64,000 bases of DNA from Eubacteriales bacterium (GCA_045658565.1 JAZOVF010000030.1:72893-136892); one strand, 5' to 3'; shown: positions 1-9,899, numbered from the stretch's first letter. Notes: generated from the letters alone by a model not told the origin. Numbers and translations: made by a program.

Positions 1-4
1 AAAA

Positions 5-1399
5 ATGATAACAGACGGCGTTCTCGTTGGGCTTTCCGGCGGGGCTGATTCTGTTATGCTTCTTTGTTTTTTGATTGAGTACAGACGCAGGACAGTCGAT
101 TTTCCCATTCTTGCCGTGCACATCAATCACTCAATACGCGGTGAATCGGCAGACAGGGATGAAAGGTTTGCAAGAGAGGTGTGCGCTTCTTTAGGTGTTG
201 AATTTATTTCAAGAAAAATTGATGTTCCGGCTATTGCAAAAGAAAACGGACTCGGAATTGAAGAATGCGCGAGAAATGTAAGATATAAAGAATTTCAAGA
301 TATAATTCGCGGCAGAAGCGATATTAAAACTATTTCCGTTGCTCATAATGCTGATGATAATCTTGAAACGGTCATATTTAACATTTTCAGAGGAACAGGT
401 CTCAGAGGAGTTTGCGGAATACCTCCTATAAGAGACAATATTTGCCGTCCGCTTATCGGTGTAAAAAAAGCCGATATTATAAAGTCTCTTTACGAAGCCG
501 AAATCGGTTTTGTCATAGATGAAACAAACAATGAGACAGAGTATCGCAGAAATTATATCCGTCACAAGATTGTGCCTGCCATTTCAGGTATATGCGATGA
601 TCCGGCTGCTATGGTTTCAAGACTTACATCAAATCTCAGGTTCGACGATGAATATATTTCAATGTGCGCGGACAACATAATCGGAGATGAAATATGCATA
701 GAGTGTAAAAAACTTCGAGGGCTTCATCGGGCTGTTTTATCACGCGCTTTAATAAAATTTGCAAAAAACAACTGCACCGATCTTTCTGCCGTTGTTATTG
801 ATGCACTTGTTAATCTTATTGACAAGGATAATTTTTCATACTACCTCACCGGAGAAAAGGTTTTTCTTTGTGAGTCGGGAATGTGCAGGATTGTTCCTTT
901 AGAGGAGGTTTCCCGTTATAATTATTCCTTCAAGATAAATAGTGAAAAAACCATTCTTTCGGGATTTGATGCTGATTTTCTTATCAGCAAAACAAAATTC
1001 GACAAAACTTGTTTAAATGTTTACAAAATATTTATACAAGCGAAAATTTCATCTGCTATAATAGTAGGCGATCTTGTTCTTCGCCCCAGAAGAGATGGAG
1101 ATGTTATTTATTATGGCGGTATGACGAGAAAGGTAAAAAAACTTTTCTCTGATTTAAAAATTCCAAGAAGCTATCGTGAAAGCATTCCGCTTCTTTGCGA
1201 TGACAAGGGCGTTGTCTGGGTGCCGGGACTCGGTGTAAGAGATGACGGAAATAAAGGGGGCGCAGATTTATATGTGTGCCTTGCAATCGGAAAAGGAGAG
1301 CAACCTGAAAAAATCAGAATGCGCTCGGCATCCGAGTTTAAGCAGAAAAGGCTTAAACATTATATTGTTTTTTTAGAGAAAGGCATGGAAAATACTTAA
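5..1399 (+). CDS. tilS: tRNA(Ile)-lysidine synthase TilS (N-terminus may be clipped by the window edge)
   Basis: PP-loop motif SGGADS near the N-terminus. Size of about 460 aa and position immediately upstream of ftsH. Only about 10 aa precede the PP-loop and the frame is open to position 2. Confidence 0.85.
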   Translation: MITDGVLVGLSGGADSVMLLCFLIEYRRRTVDFPILAVHINHSIRGESADRDERFAREVCASLGVEFISRKIDVPAIAKENGLGIEECARNVRYKEFQDIIRGRSDIKTISVAHNADDNLETVIFNIFRGTGLRGVCGIPPIRDNICRPLIGVKKADIIKSLYEAEIGFVIDETNNETEYRRNYIRHKIVPAISGICDDPAAMVSRLTSNLRFDDEYISMCADNIIGDEICIECKKLRGLHRAVLSRALIKFAKNNCTDLSAVVIDALVNLIDKDNFSYYLTGEKVFLCESGMCRIVPLEEVSRYNYSFKINSEKTILSGFDADFLISKTKFDKTCLNVYKIFIQAKISSAIIVGDLVLRPRRDGDVIYYGGMTRKVKKLFSDLKIPRSYRESIPLLCDDKGVVWVPGLGVRDDGNKGGADLYVCLAIGKGEQPEKIRMRSASEFKQKRLKHYIVFLEKGMENT

Positions 1400-3583
1400 A
1401 TGAAGGCAAATTTCAAGAGCATACTTGTGCTCATTATTCTTGTTGGTGCTGTCATTGTCGGTGTTTCGTTCTTTTCTTCTCAAACCGAAGAGGAAGATTT
1501 CATTTACAGTGATTTGATTCAGAAGTTTGAGGAGGATCGTGTTGCATCATTTGTTGTTGATGCGGATAGCGTAATTCACCTTAAGCTTTATGAAATAAAC
1601 GAAGAAGACGGCGACTTTGTTTATGATGAAAAAGGCGAAAAGAAGGTCTCCGACAAGGAATATAGCTATAAATTCACCTATCAGACACAGATAGAGGAAA
1701 TTAACGACATAGCAAGAGAAAAATTTAACAGCGGAGTTCTCTTGGAATATGATTACGAGGCTCCCGAGGAAACACCCTGGTACGTAATGTATCTTCCTTA
1801 TATCATTACGGCTGTTGTAATTATCGGTCTTTTGATCTTCCTTATGAAACAGACAAGCGGCGGCGGAGCAGGTAAGATAGGCTCCTTCTCCAAGTCTAAG
1901 GCTAAGGTTGTAACCAATGATAAAAATGCGGTTAAATTTGCCGATGTTGCAGGCGCTGATGAAGAAAAAGAAGAGCTTGAAGAGGTTGTTGAGTTCTTAA
2001 AGGACCCCGAAAAGTTTGTTAAGCTTGGAGCAAGAATTCCGCGAGGCGTTCTTCTTGTAGGCCCTCCCGGTACAGGTAAAACTCTTCTTGCTAAGGCGGT
2101 TGCCGGAGAAGCCGGTGTTCCGTTCTTCTCGATTTCAGGCTCAGACTTTGTTGAAATGTATGTAGGTGTGGGTGCATCGAGAGTAAGAGACCTCTTTGAC
2201 AATGCGAGAAAAACTCCCGCAAGTATAATATTTATAGACGAGATTGACGCAGTTGGACGTCACAGAGGCGCAGGTCTCGGCGGTGGTCATGATGAAAGAG
2301 AGCAGACCTTAAACCAGCTCCTTGTTGAAATGGACGGCTTCGGCACAAACTCGGGTGTAATTGTTATGGCGGCAACAAACCGCCCCGATATTCTTGACCC
2401 GGCGTTGCTCCGACCCGGACGCTTTGACAGACGTGTAACTGTAAACTATCCCGATATTAAGGGCAGAGAAGAAATTCTTAAGGTTCACTGCCGCAACAAG
2501 CCTCTTGAAGAAACCGTTGACCTCAAGAAAATCGCGCAGACTACCATAGGCTTTACAGGCGCTGAGCTTGCTAACCTTATGAACGAGGCGGCTCTTCGTG
2601 CGGCTAAGAAGAATAAGGCTCTTATTGGTATGGTTGATATCGAGGAATCTTATATGAAGATTCTCCTTGGACCCCAGAAGAAGAGCAAAATAAGAACCGA
2701 TGCAGACAATAAACTTTGCGCTTATCACGAGGCAGGTCACGCGGTTGCTTCTTATTACTGTAAGCATACCGACCCTGTAAAGCATATTACCATTGTTCCC
2801 GCAGGCTCGGCAGGCGGTGTTACACTCAGCGTTCCCACCGAGGACAGAATGACAACCTCAAAGAATGCAATGCTTGACCACATTGTTCTCAGCCTTGGCG
2901 GCAGAGTTGCCGAGGAAATAATTCTTGATGATATTTCAACAGGCGCATCCAGCGATATCCAGCAGGCAACGAGAATTGCTCGAAACATGGTTACAAGATA
3001 CGGTATGAGCGATAAGCTTGGTACTGTGCTTTACGGCTCCGAGCATTCTGATGACGCTGTATTCCTTGGCAGAGACTTCTCCTCGGGTAAAAACTATTCC
3101 GAGAAGACGGCTGCTGATATTGATGATGAGATTCGTACAATTATTTCTTCTTCTTATGAGAAATGCAAATCAATTCTCACCGAGCATATAAACAAGCTTC
3201 ACTTTGTTGCAGAGTTCCTGCTTAAGAATGAGTCTATGGACGAGGAGCAGTTCCGCGCCGCTATGGAAATGGAGAATCCTACAATAGAGTCTATCGAGGA
3301 TATTGCATTCCGCAAAAAGCAGAAGAGCGAGGAAGAAAACCAGACCGCTCACGAAAATAATGCAAAAGCCGAGGAAGAAGAACGTCTGCGTCGCGAGGAG
3401 CTTTCTAAGCGTATGGCAAACGGCGAGCCTCTGTCTGACGAGCTGCTTAACGATATTTTCGGAAAGAGTCATGTTGAGGAAAACTCCGATAAAACCGAAA
3501 ACATTGTAGCTGAAACCAAAGAGGACTTAACTCAGGCAAACGACGAACAAAAATCCGATTCGGATAATAGCGAAAACGAGTAA
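1400..3583 (+). CDS. ftsH: ATP-dependent zinc metalloprotease FtsH
   Basis: N-terminal TM segments, Walker [12 protein letters not shown] second region of homology, and zinc motif HEAGHA. The ATG directly abuts the tilS stop. Confidence 0.95.
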   Translation: MKANFKSILVLIILVGAVIVGVSFFSSQTEEEDFIYSDLIQKFEEDRVASFVVDADSVIHLKLYEINEEDGDFVYDEKGEKKVSDKEYSYKFTYQTQIEEINDIAREKFNSGVLLEYDYEAPEETPWYVMYLPYIITAVVIIGLLIFLMKQTSGGGAGKIGSFSKSKAKVVTNDKNAVKFADVAGADEEKEELEEVVEFLKDPEKFVKLGARIPRGVLLVGPPGTGKTLLAKAVAGEAGVPFFSISGSDFVEMYVGVGASRVRDLFDNARKTPASIIFIDEIDAVGRHRGAGLGGGHDEREQTLNQLLVEMDGFGTNSGVIVMAATNRPDILDPALLRPGRFDRRVTVNYPDIKGREEILKVHCRNKPLEETVDLKKIAQTTIGFTGAELANLMNEAALRAAKKNKALIGMVDIEESYMKILLGPQKKSKIRTDADNKLCAYHEAGHAVASYYCKHTDPVKHITIVPAGSAGGVTLSVPTEDRMTTSKNAMLDHIVLSLGGRVAEEIILDDISTGASSDIQQATRIARNMVTRYGMSDKLGTVLYGSEHSDDAVFLGRDFSSGKNYSEKTAADIDDEIRTIISSSYEKCKSILTEHINKLHFVAEFLLKNESMDEEQFRAAMEMENPTIESIEDIAFRKKQKSEEENQTAHENNAKAEEEERLRREELSKRMANGEPLSDELLNDIFGKSHVEENSDKTENIVAETKEDLTQANDEQKSDSDNSENE

Positions 3584-3588
3584 TTTTA

Positions 3589-3624
3589 AGCACACGTAAG
3601 AGAAATCCTACGTGTGCTTTTTTG
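3589..3624 (+). terminator. rho-independent terminator of ftsH
   Basis: AGCACACGTA / TACGTGTGCT 10-bp stem followed by a T-run. Confidence 0.7.
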
Positions 3625-3637
3625 TATATAAAAAAAA

Positions 3638-3667
3638 TAAACTGCCACAAAATTTGTGGCAGTTTTT
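3638..3667. terminator. bidirectional hairpin terminator (serves the minus-strand decarboxylase operon)
   Basis: AAACTGCCACAAAATTTGTGGCAGTTTTT flanked by A- and T-runs, between convergent genes. Confidence 0.6.
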
Positions 3668-3677
3668 GAGATTTAAC

Positions 3678-5078
3678 TTAGATAGCATGAACGCCGTCTT
3701 TTGCGTTTGCGTTTTCGTCAAGGTTGTACTTTTGCTGTTTTCTCCAGTCGAAGAACTTGATAGCAACCTGCTCGAAGAGCGCGAGGGAAAGAAGGTCCTC
3801 GTCCTGCTCCTTGTAGGGAGCAACTCTCTGGCGAAGAGAATCAATCTCGGGAGCAATCTTGTCAGCGGGTCTGTAATCAATAACCTCGTCATCACCGATA
3901 ATCTTCTTCTTGAAGTCCTCGGAAATGGGAGCAGGGCATCTGCCGTATCCACCGCGACCAAGACCCTTGAACTCCTTGGTAACTCTTGAGTATCTGCCCT
4001 CGTTAGCAAAGAGCACGTTGTTTACTGCCTGAGTACCAACAATCTGAGAGGTAGGAGTAACGAGAGGAGGGAAGCCCGCGTCCTCACGAACATTTGCAAC
4101 CTCTTCAAGAACCTCGTCGAGCTTGTCAGACTTACCTGCCATCTTAAGCTGGCTGATAAGGTTAGAAAGCATTCCGCCGGGAACCTGGTAACGAAGAGCA
4201 TTAACGTCAACCTTAAGCACCTTGGGGTCGATAAGGCCGGATGCAAGATAGTTTTCTCTAATCTTGTTGAAGTGCTTAGCAACAACATCAAGCTTAGCAA
4301 GGTCGAGACCTGTATCGTAAGGAGTACCCTGAAGAGTAGCAACCATAGCCTCGGTAGGAGCATGCGATGTACCCATTGCAAGAGGAGAAATAGCAGTATC
4401 AACGATGTCAACACCCGCCTCAATAGCCTTAAGCAAAGTCATAGAACCAAGACCTGCTGTGTAGTGGCAGTGGAGGTTAACAGGGATAGAAACGGTGCTC
4501 TTTATAGTCTTAACAAGCTGATATGCTTCGTAAGGCTTAAGAAGACCCGACATATCCTTGATACAAATGGAGTTTGCACCCATTTCCTCAAGCTGCTTTG
4601 CATACTGTGCAAAGCCCTCGTTGGTGTGGAAGGGAGATGTTGTGTAAGAGATAGCAGCCTGTACGTGACCTTTTTCCTTAATAGCTGCCTTGATTGCTGT
4701 TTCAAGGTTTCTTGCATCGTTAAGAGCATCGAATATACGAATGATATCAATACCGTTAGCAATAGACTTCTGAACAAAATATTCAACAACGTCGTCAGCA
4801 TAGTGACGGTAGCCGAGAATGTTCTGACCGCGGAAGAGCATCTGAAGCTTTGTGTTCTTTACGTGATCCTTAATGGTTCTGAGTCTTGCCCAAGGGTCCT
4901 CGTGAAGGAAGCGAAGGCAGGAGTCAAAGGTAGCACCGCCCCAAGCCTCAAGAGAATAATAACCAACTTTATCCATATCCTCGAGAATCGGAATCATTTC
5001 TTCGGTGGTCATTCTTGTTGCCGCCAAGGACTGATGAGCGTCTCTGAGGACTGTTTCTGTAATTAAAACTTTAGACAT
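3678..5078 (-). CDS. pyruvate/oxaloacetate carboxyltransferase (OadA N-terminal / transcarboxylase 5S-like), no biotinyl domain
   Basis: N-terminal TIM-barrel carboxyltransferase signature (ITETVLRDAHQSL...). The 466-aa protein ends without an AMKM biotin domain. Confidence 0.8.
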   Translation of the reverse strand: MSKVLITETVLRDAHQSLAATRMTTEEMIPILEDMDKVGYYSLEAWGGATFDSCLRFLHEDPWARLRTIKDHVKNTKLQMLFRGQNILGYRHYADDVVEYFVQKSIANGIDIIRIFDALNDARNLETAIKAAIKEKGHVQAAISYTTSPFHTNEGFAQYAKQLEEMGANSICIKDMSGLLKPYEAYQLVKTIKSTVSIPVNLHCHYTAGLGSMTLLKAIEAGVDIVDTAISPLAMGTSHAPTEAMVATLQGTPYDTGLDLAKLDVVAKHFNKIRENYLASGLIDPKVLKVDVNALRYQVPGGMLSNLISQLKMAGKSDKLDEVLEEVANVREDAGFPPLVTPTSQIVGTQAVNNVLFANEGRYSRVTKEFKGLGRGGYGRCPAPISEDFKKKIIGDDEVIDYRPADKIAPEIDSLRQRVAPYKEQDEDLLSLALFEQVAIKFFDWRKQQKYNLDENANAKDGVHAI

Positions 5079-5111
5079 TTTAAATTTCCTTTCTGAAATA
5101 TTCCTTCGTTT

Positions 5112-6587
5112 TTATGCGAAGAAGCTGAGGAATACACCTGCCGCAACGGCAGAACCGATAACACCGGCAACGTTGGGGCCCATAGCGTGCATAAGCAAGA
5201 AGTTTGAAGGATCAGCCTTGCGTCCCTCGTCTTGAGCAACTCTTGCCGCCATAGGAACTGCAGAAACACCCGCAGAACCGATAAGGGGGTTAATCTTTCC
5301 GCCCGAGAGCTTGCACATAATCTTACCAACAACAAGACCGCCGCAGGTAGAAATGATAAATGCAGTAAGTCCGAGAGCTATAATGAGAAGTGTATCAAGC
5401 TTTAGGAAGTTCTCCGCATTTGCGGTTGCACCGACCGAAACACCAAGACAGATAGTAACAATGTTGATAAGCTCGTTCTGTGCAGTCTTTGAGAGTCTGT
5501 CAGCAACGCCCGAAACATTAAAGAGGTTACCAAGCATAAGGAAACCTACAAGGGGAGCTGCATCGGGAATGATAAGACATACAATAGCAGTAACAACAAT
5601 GGGGAAGACAACCTTCTCAACCTTAGAAACAGAGCGAAGGTTTGTCATCTTTATTTTTCTTTCCTTCTCGGTTGTAAGCAGACGCATAAACGGAGGCTGG
5701 ATAATAGGAATAAGAGCCATATATGAGTATGCGGCAATTGCAATAGCTCCGAGAAGCTGAGGAGCAAGAGTCTTTGTTACAAGAATAGCGGTAGGACCGT
5801 CTGCTCCGCCTATGATGCCGATAGAAGCAGCTTCCATAGGTGTGAAGTAGAAGAGCGCGCCAAAGAATGCAACAAATACTCCAAGCTGTGCGCCGGCACC
5901 CATAAGGAGAGATTTGGGATTTGCGATAAGGGGAGTAAAGTCGGTCATAGCACCAACTCCAAGGAAGATGAGGGAGGGATAAACACCCAGCTTAACTCCA
6001 AGGTAAAGTATGTCGATAAGACCGCCGTGGTTTATGACTTCGCTTATCATTGTAGACATCTTTACATGTATTGCGCCTTCCGCATCAAGATATGCGGCAC
6101 CCTGTACATAGGAATCAAAGGCGCTTTGAAGCGATGAAACCTGATTGTTGAAGAACTCTTGGATCATTTCTTCGGAAAGTGAGGGGTTGTATTCTCTGAT
6201 AAGATCTTCGAGTGCGGCAAAATCAAGTGAGAAGGTGTCGTTGTTGGCTCCAAACGAAATTATTTCGTTACCGAACGCATTTGCAACCGCTTCCTTGAAA
6301 CCTTCCATCTGAGTTGCAAGTGTACCGATGAATTCACCGTTTGCAGCTCCTATGTAGTGTTCATCGAAGAAATATTCAAGATGAATAAGTTCTGCACCGG
6401 GGAGGTTGGCAAGCAACATACCAAATGCAATGGGCATCAAAAGCAGGGGCTCAAATTTCTTAACAATCGCTAAGTAGAAGAGAGCACCAACTATAACGTA
6501 CATTACAAGGTACTGCCACCAATTAGACTCAGCAAACAACTTGGCAATACCTGTTGTGCCGAGGAAATTTGTGATAGCGTCTAACAT
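5112..6587 (-). CDS. Na+-translocating decarboxylase beta subunit (OadB/MmdB/GcdB family) with a large internal insertion
   Basis: Polytopic membrane protein with family-typical segments (LLLPIAFGMLLANLPGA..., GGADGPTAI, GSAGVSAVPMAARV). At 491 aa it is longer than family members I know. Confidence 0.85.
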   Translation of the reverse strand: MLDAITNFLGTTGIAKLFAESNWWQYLVMYVIVGALFYLAIVKKFEPLLLMPIAFGMLLANLPGAELIHLEYFFDEHYIGAANGEFIGTLATQMEGFKEAVANAFGNEIISFGANNDTFSLDFAALEDLIREYNPSLSEEMIQEFFNNQVSSLQSAFDSYVQGAAYLDAEGAIHVKMSTMISEVINHGGLIDILYLGVKLGVYPSLIFLGVGAMTDFTPLIANPKSLLMGAGAQLGVFVAFFGALFYFTPMEAASIGIIGGADGPTAILVTKTLAPQLLGAIAIAAYSYMALIPIIQPPFMRLLTTEKERKIKMTNLRSVSKVEKVVFPIVVTAIVCLIIPDAAPLVGFLMLGNLFNVSGVADRLSKTAQNELINIVTICLGVSVGATANAENFLKLDTLLIIALGLTAFIISTCGGLVVGKIMCKLSGGKINPLIGSAGVSAVPMAARVAQDEGRKADPSNFLLMHAMGPNVAGVIGSAVAAGVFLSFFA

Positions 6588-6615
6588 TTATTAGTACCTT
6601 TATCTTTCCTTAAGA

Positions 6616-7005
6616 TTAGTTAAGAGATGCAAGAACGTCGTTTGCCGCAACAGATGCGCCCTTCTGAACATTAACGGATGCAACAACACCGTCACAGGGA
6701 GCGGGAATGTCGTTCTCCATTTTCATAGCCTCAAGAACGCAGATAACGTCGCCCTTCTTAACCGACTGACCAACAGAAACCTTAACGTCGAGAATGGTAC
6801 CGGGCATAGGAGCTGTAACCTTGTTTGCACCGGCTGCGCCTGCTGCGGGAGCAGCCTTAGGAGTTGCTGCGGGTGCTGCGGGTGCGGGAGCTGCTGCAGG
6901 AGCAACGGGAGCTGTAAATACAGGAGCTGCGGAGGGAGCGGAGCCTGCCTCTTCTACTACAACCTCGTAGGTTGTGCCATTTACTGTGATATTATATTTT
7001 TTCAT
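6616..7005 (-). CDS. biotin carboxyl carrier subunit (gamma)
   Basis: Ala/Pro-rich linker followed by the biotinyl domain with the EAMKMEN motif. Confidence 0.9.
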   Translation of the reverse strand: MKKYNITVNGTTYEVVVEEAGSAPSAAPVFTAPVAPAAAPAPAAPAATPKAAPAAGAAGANKVTAPMPGTILDVKVSVGQSVKKGDVICVLEAMKMENDIPAPCDGVVASVNVQKGASVAANDVLASLN

Positions 7006-7032
7006 TATCTTAAAATTCCTTTCTGCCTTGAA

Positions 7033-7389
7033 TTATTTTCTTTTAAATGAAACAACATTAAACTTTACACCGCCGGATTCCGACTCGGCCATTGCTATTG
7101 CTGCCGCCAGAACCGCAATTATTTCTGTATCGGAGGTTTCTGTGTATGCTACCTCTTGAGCAGGAACAACAGTAATAGCTTCAGGTGCTTTTGCTTTTCT
7201 TTCAGGGATATCGTGGAAGAATATACGGAACATAACAAGGCACAACCAAAGAATGACAAGTACTGCAAAGACAGTAGCCATACCAATAAGAACCATTGCT
7301 CCACCAAAACCAAAAGCACTTACAATATCTGATGTTTCAAAGTTAGCATAATCTATAATCGGTTTGGTATAATCTGTAACTCCAAACAT
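7033..7389 (-). CDS. small membrane subunit of the decarboxylase (OadG/MmdD-like)
   Basis: 118 aa with a single TM helix, placed between the carboxyltransferase and BCCP genes as in mmd/oad operons. The assignment rests on context only. Confidence 0.55.
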   Translation of the reverse strand: MFGVTDYTKPIIDYANFETSDIVSAFGFGGAMVLIGMATVFAVLVILWLCLVMFRIFFHDIPERKAKAPEAITVVPAQEVAYTETSDTEIIAVLAAAIAMAESESGGVKFNVVSFKRK

Positions 7390-7404
7390 AATATAATCCT
7401 CCGT

Positions 7405-8844
7405 TTACAAGGGAAGAATTTTACGGCGAGCTATAAGCGAAGCATCGCCCTTAGCCGCAAGCATAAGAAGCGCAGAGCAGATTCTTGCTCTCATCTCGTT
7501 TACGCTGATTATGTCATCAATCTCGCCGCTGGATGCAGCATTTGCAGGAGAAGAAACGGATGTTCTCCAATCCTCGATAAGAGAATCGCGAGTTGTTTCC
7601 TCAGTAATGTACTTGTCCCAAGCAAAGGCAACACCGCTTTCGGTAGCAAGAGCGCCAATCTCGGAAGAATCGGTTGCGTAAACAAGGTCTGCGCCGAGAG
7701 CCTTAGAGCCGAGAAGAACGAATGCAGCTCCGATAGCATGACCGGAAATTACAGTAACCTTGGGGCATGTTGATGCCGCGTATGCGGTAGCAAGCTTAGC
7801 AAGCTCGGGAGCAAATCTTGTTTCATTCTCTTTATCTATCGCAAGACCGTAGGAGTCTGCAATTGTAACAACGGGAATAGAGAAGCTGTCACAAAGATTA
7901 ACAAACTTAGCAATCTTTCTTGCTGCATCGGCAGTAATTCTACCCTCATCCTTAGCGAAGGAGGTTGCAACAACACCGCACTTAACACCTGCAATAGTGG
8001 TGAATGCAGTAGAGGCAACGGGAGCGTATGCGCCCGAGAGTTCAAGAAATACACCGTTATCGGCAATAACAGAAATTGCAGCTAATGCTTCACCGGCAAA
8101 GTCAAGGTTGCCAAGCATTCTGTTAAGGTTGTCGGAGCAGATATCAGAGTACTGAATTCCGATAGAGGAATTAGCGGGAAGGAATCCAACAAGAGTTCTG
8201 ATAAATGCAGCGCACTGGTCAAGAGAGCCTGTGTATGCCGCAATAGCATCCTGTGCGTCAGCCGCACCTGTAAGAGCAGGGGAAGAAACGTAGAGCAGAG
8301 CAGACTCATTCTTTACAACTATGTCAAACATAGATGCAATAGCCGCAGATGTTCCGATGCATTTGCCTGAAACATAAGCAATCTGAGGAATAACACCCGA
8401 AGCCTTGGTAACTACACTCATAATTCTGCCGTAAGCAGAGAGCGCAGATGTACCCTGGAAGATGTCCGCACCGTTAGAGTTGAAAACTCCGATAACAGGC
8501 GCACCGTTGCTTAAAGCAAGCTTGTAAAGATCGGTGATCTTCTTTGCGTGACGCTCGTCCATAGCGCCGCCCAGTCTTGATGCATCTTCAACAAATGCAA
8601 ATGTGAGCTTACCGTCGATAGCACCGTATCCGGTAATAACTCCTTCAAGCTCGCAGGATTTTTCGGTATTCAAGAAGTCCGAAAAGCCTCGCTTTGTGTA
8701 TGCCCCTGTTTCAACGAAAGTATTTTCGTCAAAAATTGCTGTGATCTGCGCTCTTGCATCAGAGCTTTCACTCTTTTCAAGGCTGGCGCGCAGTTCTGCG
8801 GCAGTGGGCAGTCCGCAGAATGTTGGTTTTGTGTATTTGTCCAA
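7405..8844 (-). CDS. acyl-CoA carboxyltransferase (MmdA/PccB/GcdA family), divergent; TTG start
   Basis: Carboxyl-transferase domain pattern (GVITGYGAIDG..., ASGVIPQIAYVSG...). TTG is the only start codon after the in-frame TAG. Confidence 0.8.
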   Translation of the reverse strand: MDKYTKPTFCGLPTAAELRASLEKSESSDARAQITAIFDENTFVETGAYTKRGFSDFLNTEKSCELEGVITGYGAIDGKLTFAFVEDASRLGGAMDERHAKKITDLYKLALSNGAPVIGVFNSNGADIFQGTSALSAYGRIMSVVTKASGVIPQIAYVSGKCIGTSAAIASMFDIVVKNESALLYVSSPALTGAADAQDAIAAYTGSLDQCAAFIRTLVGFLPANSSIGIQYSDICSDNLNRMLGNLDFAGEALAAISVIADNGVFLELSGAYAPVASTAFTTIAGVKCGVVATSFAKDEGRITADAARKIAKFVNLCDSFSIPVVTIADSYGLAIDKENETRFAPELAKLATAYAASTCPKVTVISGHAIGAAFVLLGSKALGADLVYATDSSEIGALATESGVAFAWDKYITEETTRDSLIEDWRTSVSSPANAASSGEIDDIISVNEMRARICSALLMLAAKGDASLIARRKILPL

Positions 8845-8942
8845 AACGAATTCCCGATTTGCCTAATCTAGCAAATCTCTCCTTCCTTAAAATTAACATT
8901 TTTTCGGCTATACAGGAAAACAATCCATTTTTCGCCATTTAT

Positions 8943-8971
8943 AATATATCACCAAAATGCAAATAAGTCAA
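8943..8971 (-). promoter_or_regulatory. sigma-A type promoter of the decarboxylase operon
   Basis: On the minus strand: TTGACT, 17 nt, TATATT. Confidence 0.5.
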
Positions 8972-9056
8972 GAGATTTTGACATTATTTTTTTATTATTA
9001 TTATTTAATGTGAAAAACACCCCTAAAAAGAGGTGTTGTTTCGCAAGCTGTTACGA

Positions 9057-9899
9057 TTAGTTGTTGAATTGTTCGATAAGAGTCATTCGTTTTGCTGCAT
9101 ATTTGTATGCGTTTTCAAAATCGGCTATTTGTTTAAAACAATTTTCCATATCGGTATAGAGAGTGAGAACAAGATATGCGTTATAATTCTTTTGGCTTTT
9201 TGCCGCCTCTATCTCTCGTAAAATTCCAAGTGCTTCGGTGTATTTTCTTTCCTTTATCAATTGCTTGGCTTTAATATGTAATGTAAGTATCGGGTCAGCA
9301 TAATTATGCCCGGCATCTCCTGTAATAAATTTAAAAAAATCAAAATCGTAGCTATGTACAACAGAATTCTCAAATTTATCACCGTCAAGCTCAAGAAGAG
9401 GGGATTTTATATTCGTGGCCAAGGATAAATATAGCTCTAAAAGACAATTTATACGTTCTGAATGATATATTGTGCGCTCCTTTTCTGCCTTAGCGAGAGT
9501 AAGCAATTCCATGGCACTCTTAAGTGAGCCGTCAAGCGTCGCTCGTTTACCAAGCTCAAAATAGGAGATCATCAGCATGTACGACAGTTCATCGTCGGTA
9601 TCTCCAAGCGACTTTATTGCTTCAATGCATTTCTTATACTTCTTATCGTTAAAGCTGTTCTTTATCGCTTGGATTTTTTCTGACTTTTTATAAAAGAAAA
9701 GATCATCGCTTTCAGAAACAAGATAGGATAAAGGAAGCTCAAGGGACAGGGCGAGAAATCTTAAAGTGTCAAGCGACGGCATAGCCTTGTCGTTCTCAAT
9801 CTCGCTCAACATATTCCGTGTTATTCTGCCGGCACATAGAGCCTCTTGGGTGATTTTTTTGCTTTTTCTTTCTTTTTTTATCTTTTGTCCTAATGTCAT
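9057..9899 (-). CDS. XRE-family HTH regulator with helical-repeat (TPR-like) C-terminal domain
   Basis: N-terminal HTH_3 pattern (LGQKIKKERKSKKITQEAL...MLSEIENDK..PSLDTL). The start is moved to MTLGQ behind an AAGGTG RBS. Confidence 0.7.
   Translation of the reverse strand: MTLGQKIKKERKSKKITQEALCAGRITRNMLSEIENDKAMPSLDTLRFLALSLELPLSYLVSESDDLFFYKKSEKIQAIKNSFNDKKYKKCIEAIKSLGDTDDELSYMLMISYFELGKRATLDGSLKSAMELLTLAKAEKERTIYHSERINCLLELYLSLATNIKSPLLELDGDKFENSVVHSYDFDFFKFITGDAGHNYADPILTLHIKAKQLIKERKYTEALGILREIEAAKSQKNYNAYLVLTLYTDMENCFKQIADFENAYKYAAKRMTLIEQFNN

Noticed and set aside
6800-6960. Repetitive GC-rich DNA (GCTGC/GGAGC periodicity) in the BCCP gene, and similar tracts at 25250-25340 and 25590-25620 in E2.
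   Set aside because: These encode the Ala/Pro-rich flexible linkers typical of biotinyl and lipoyl carrier proteins. They are not CRISPR or non-coding tandem repeats.
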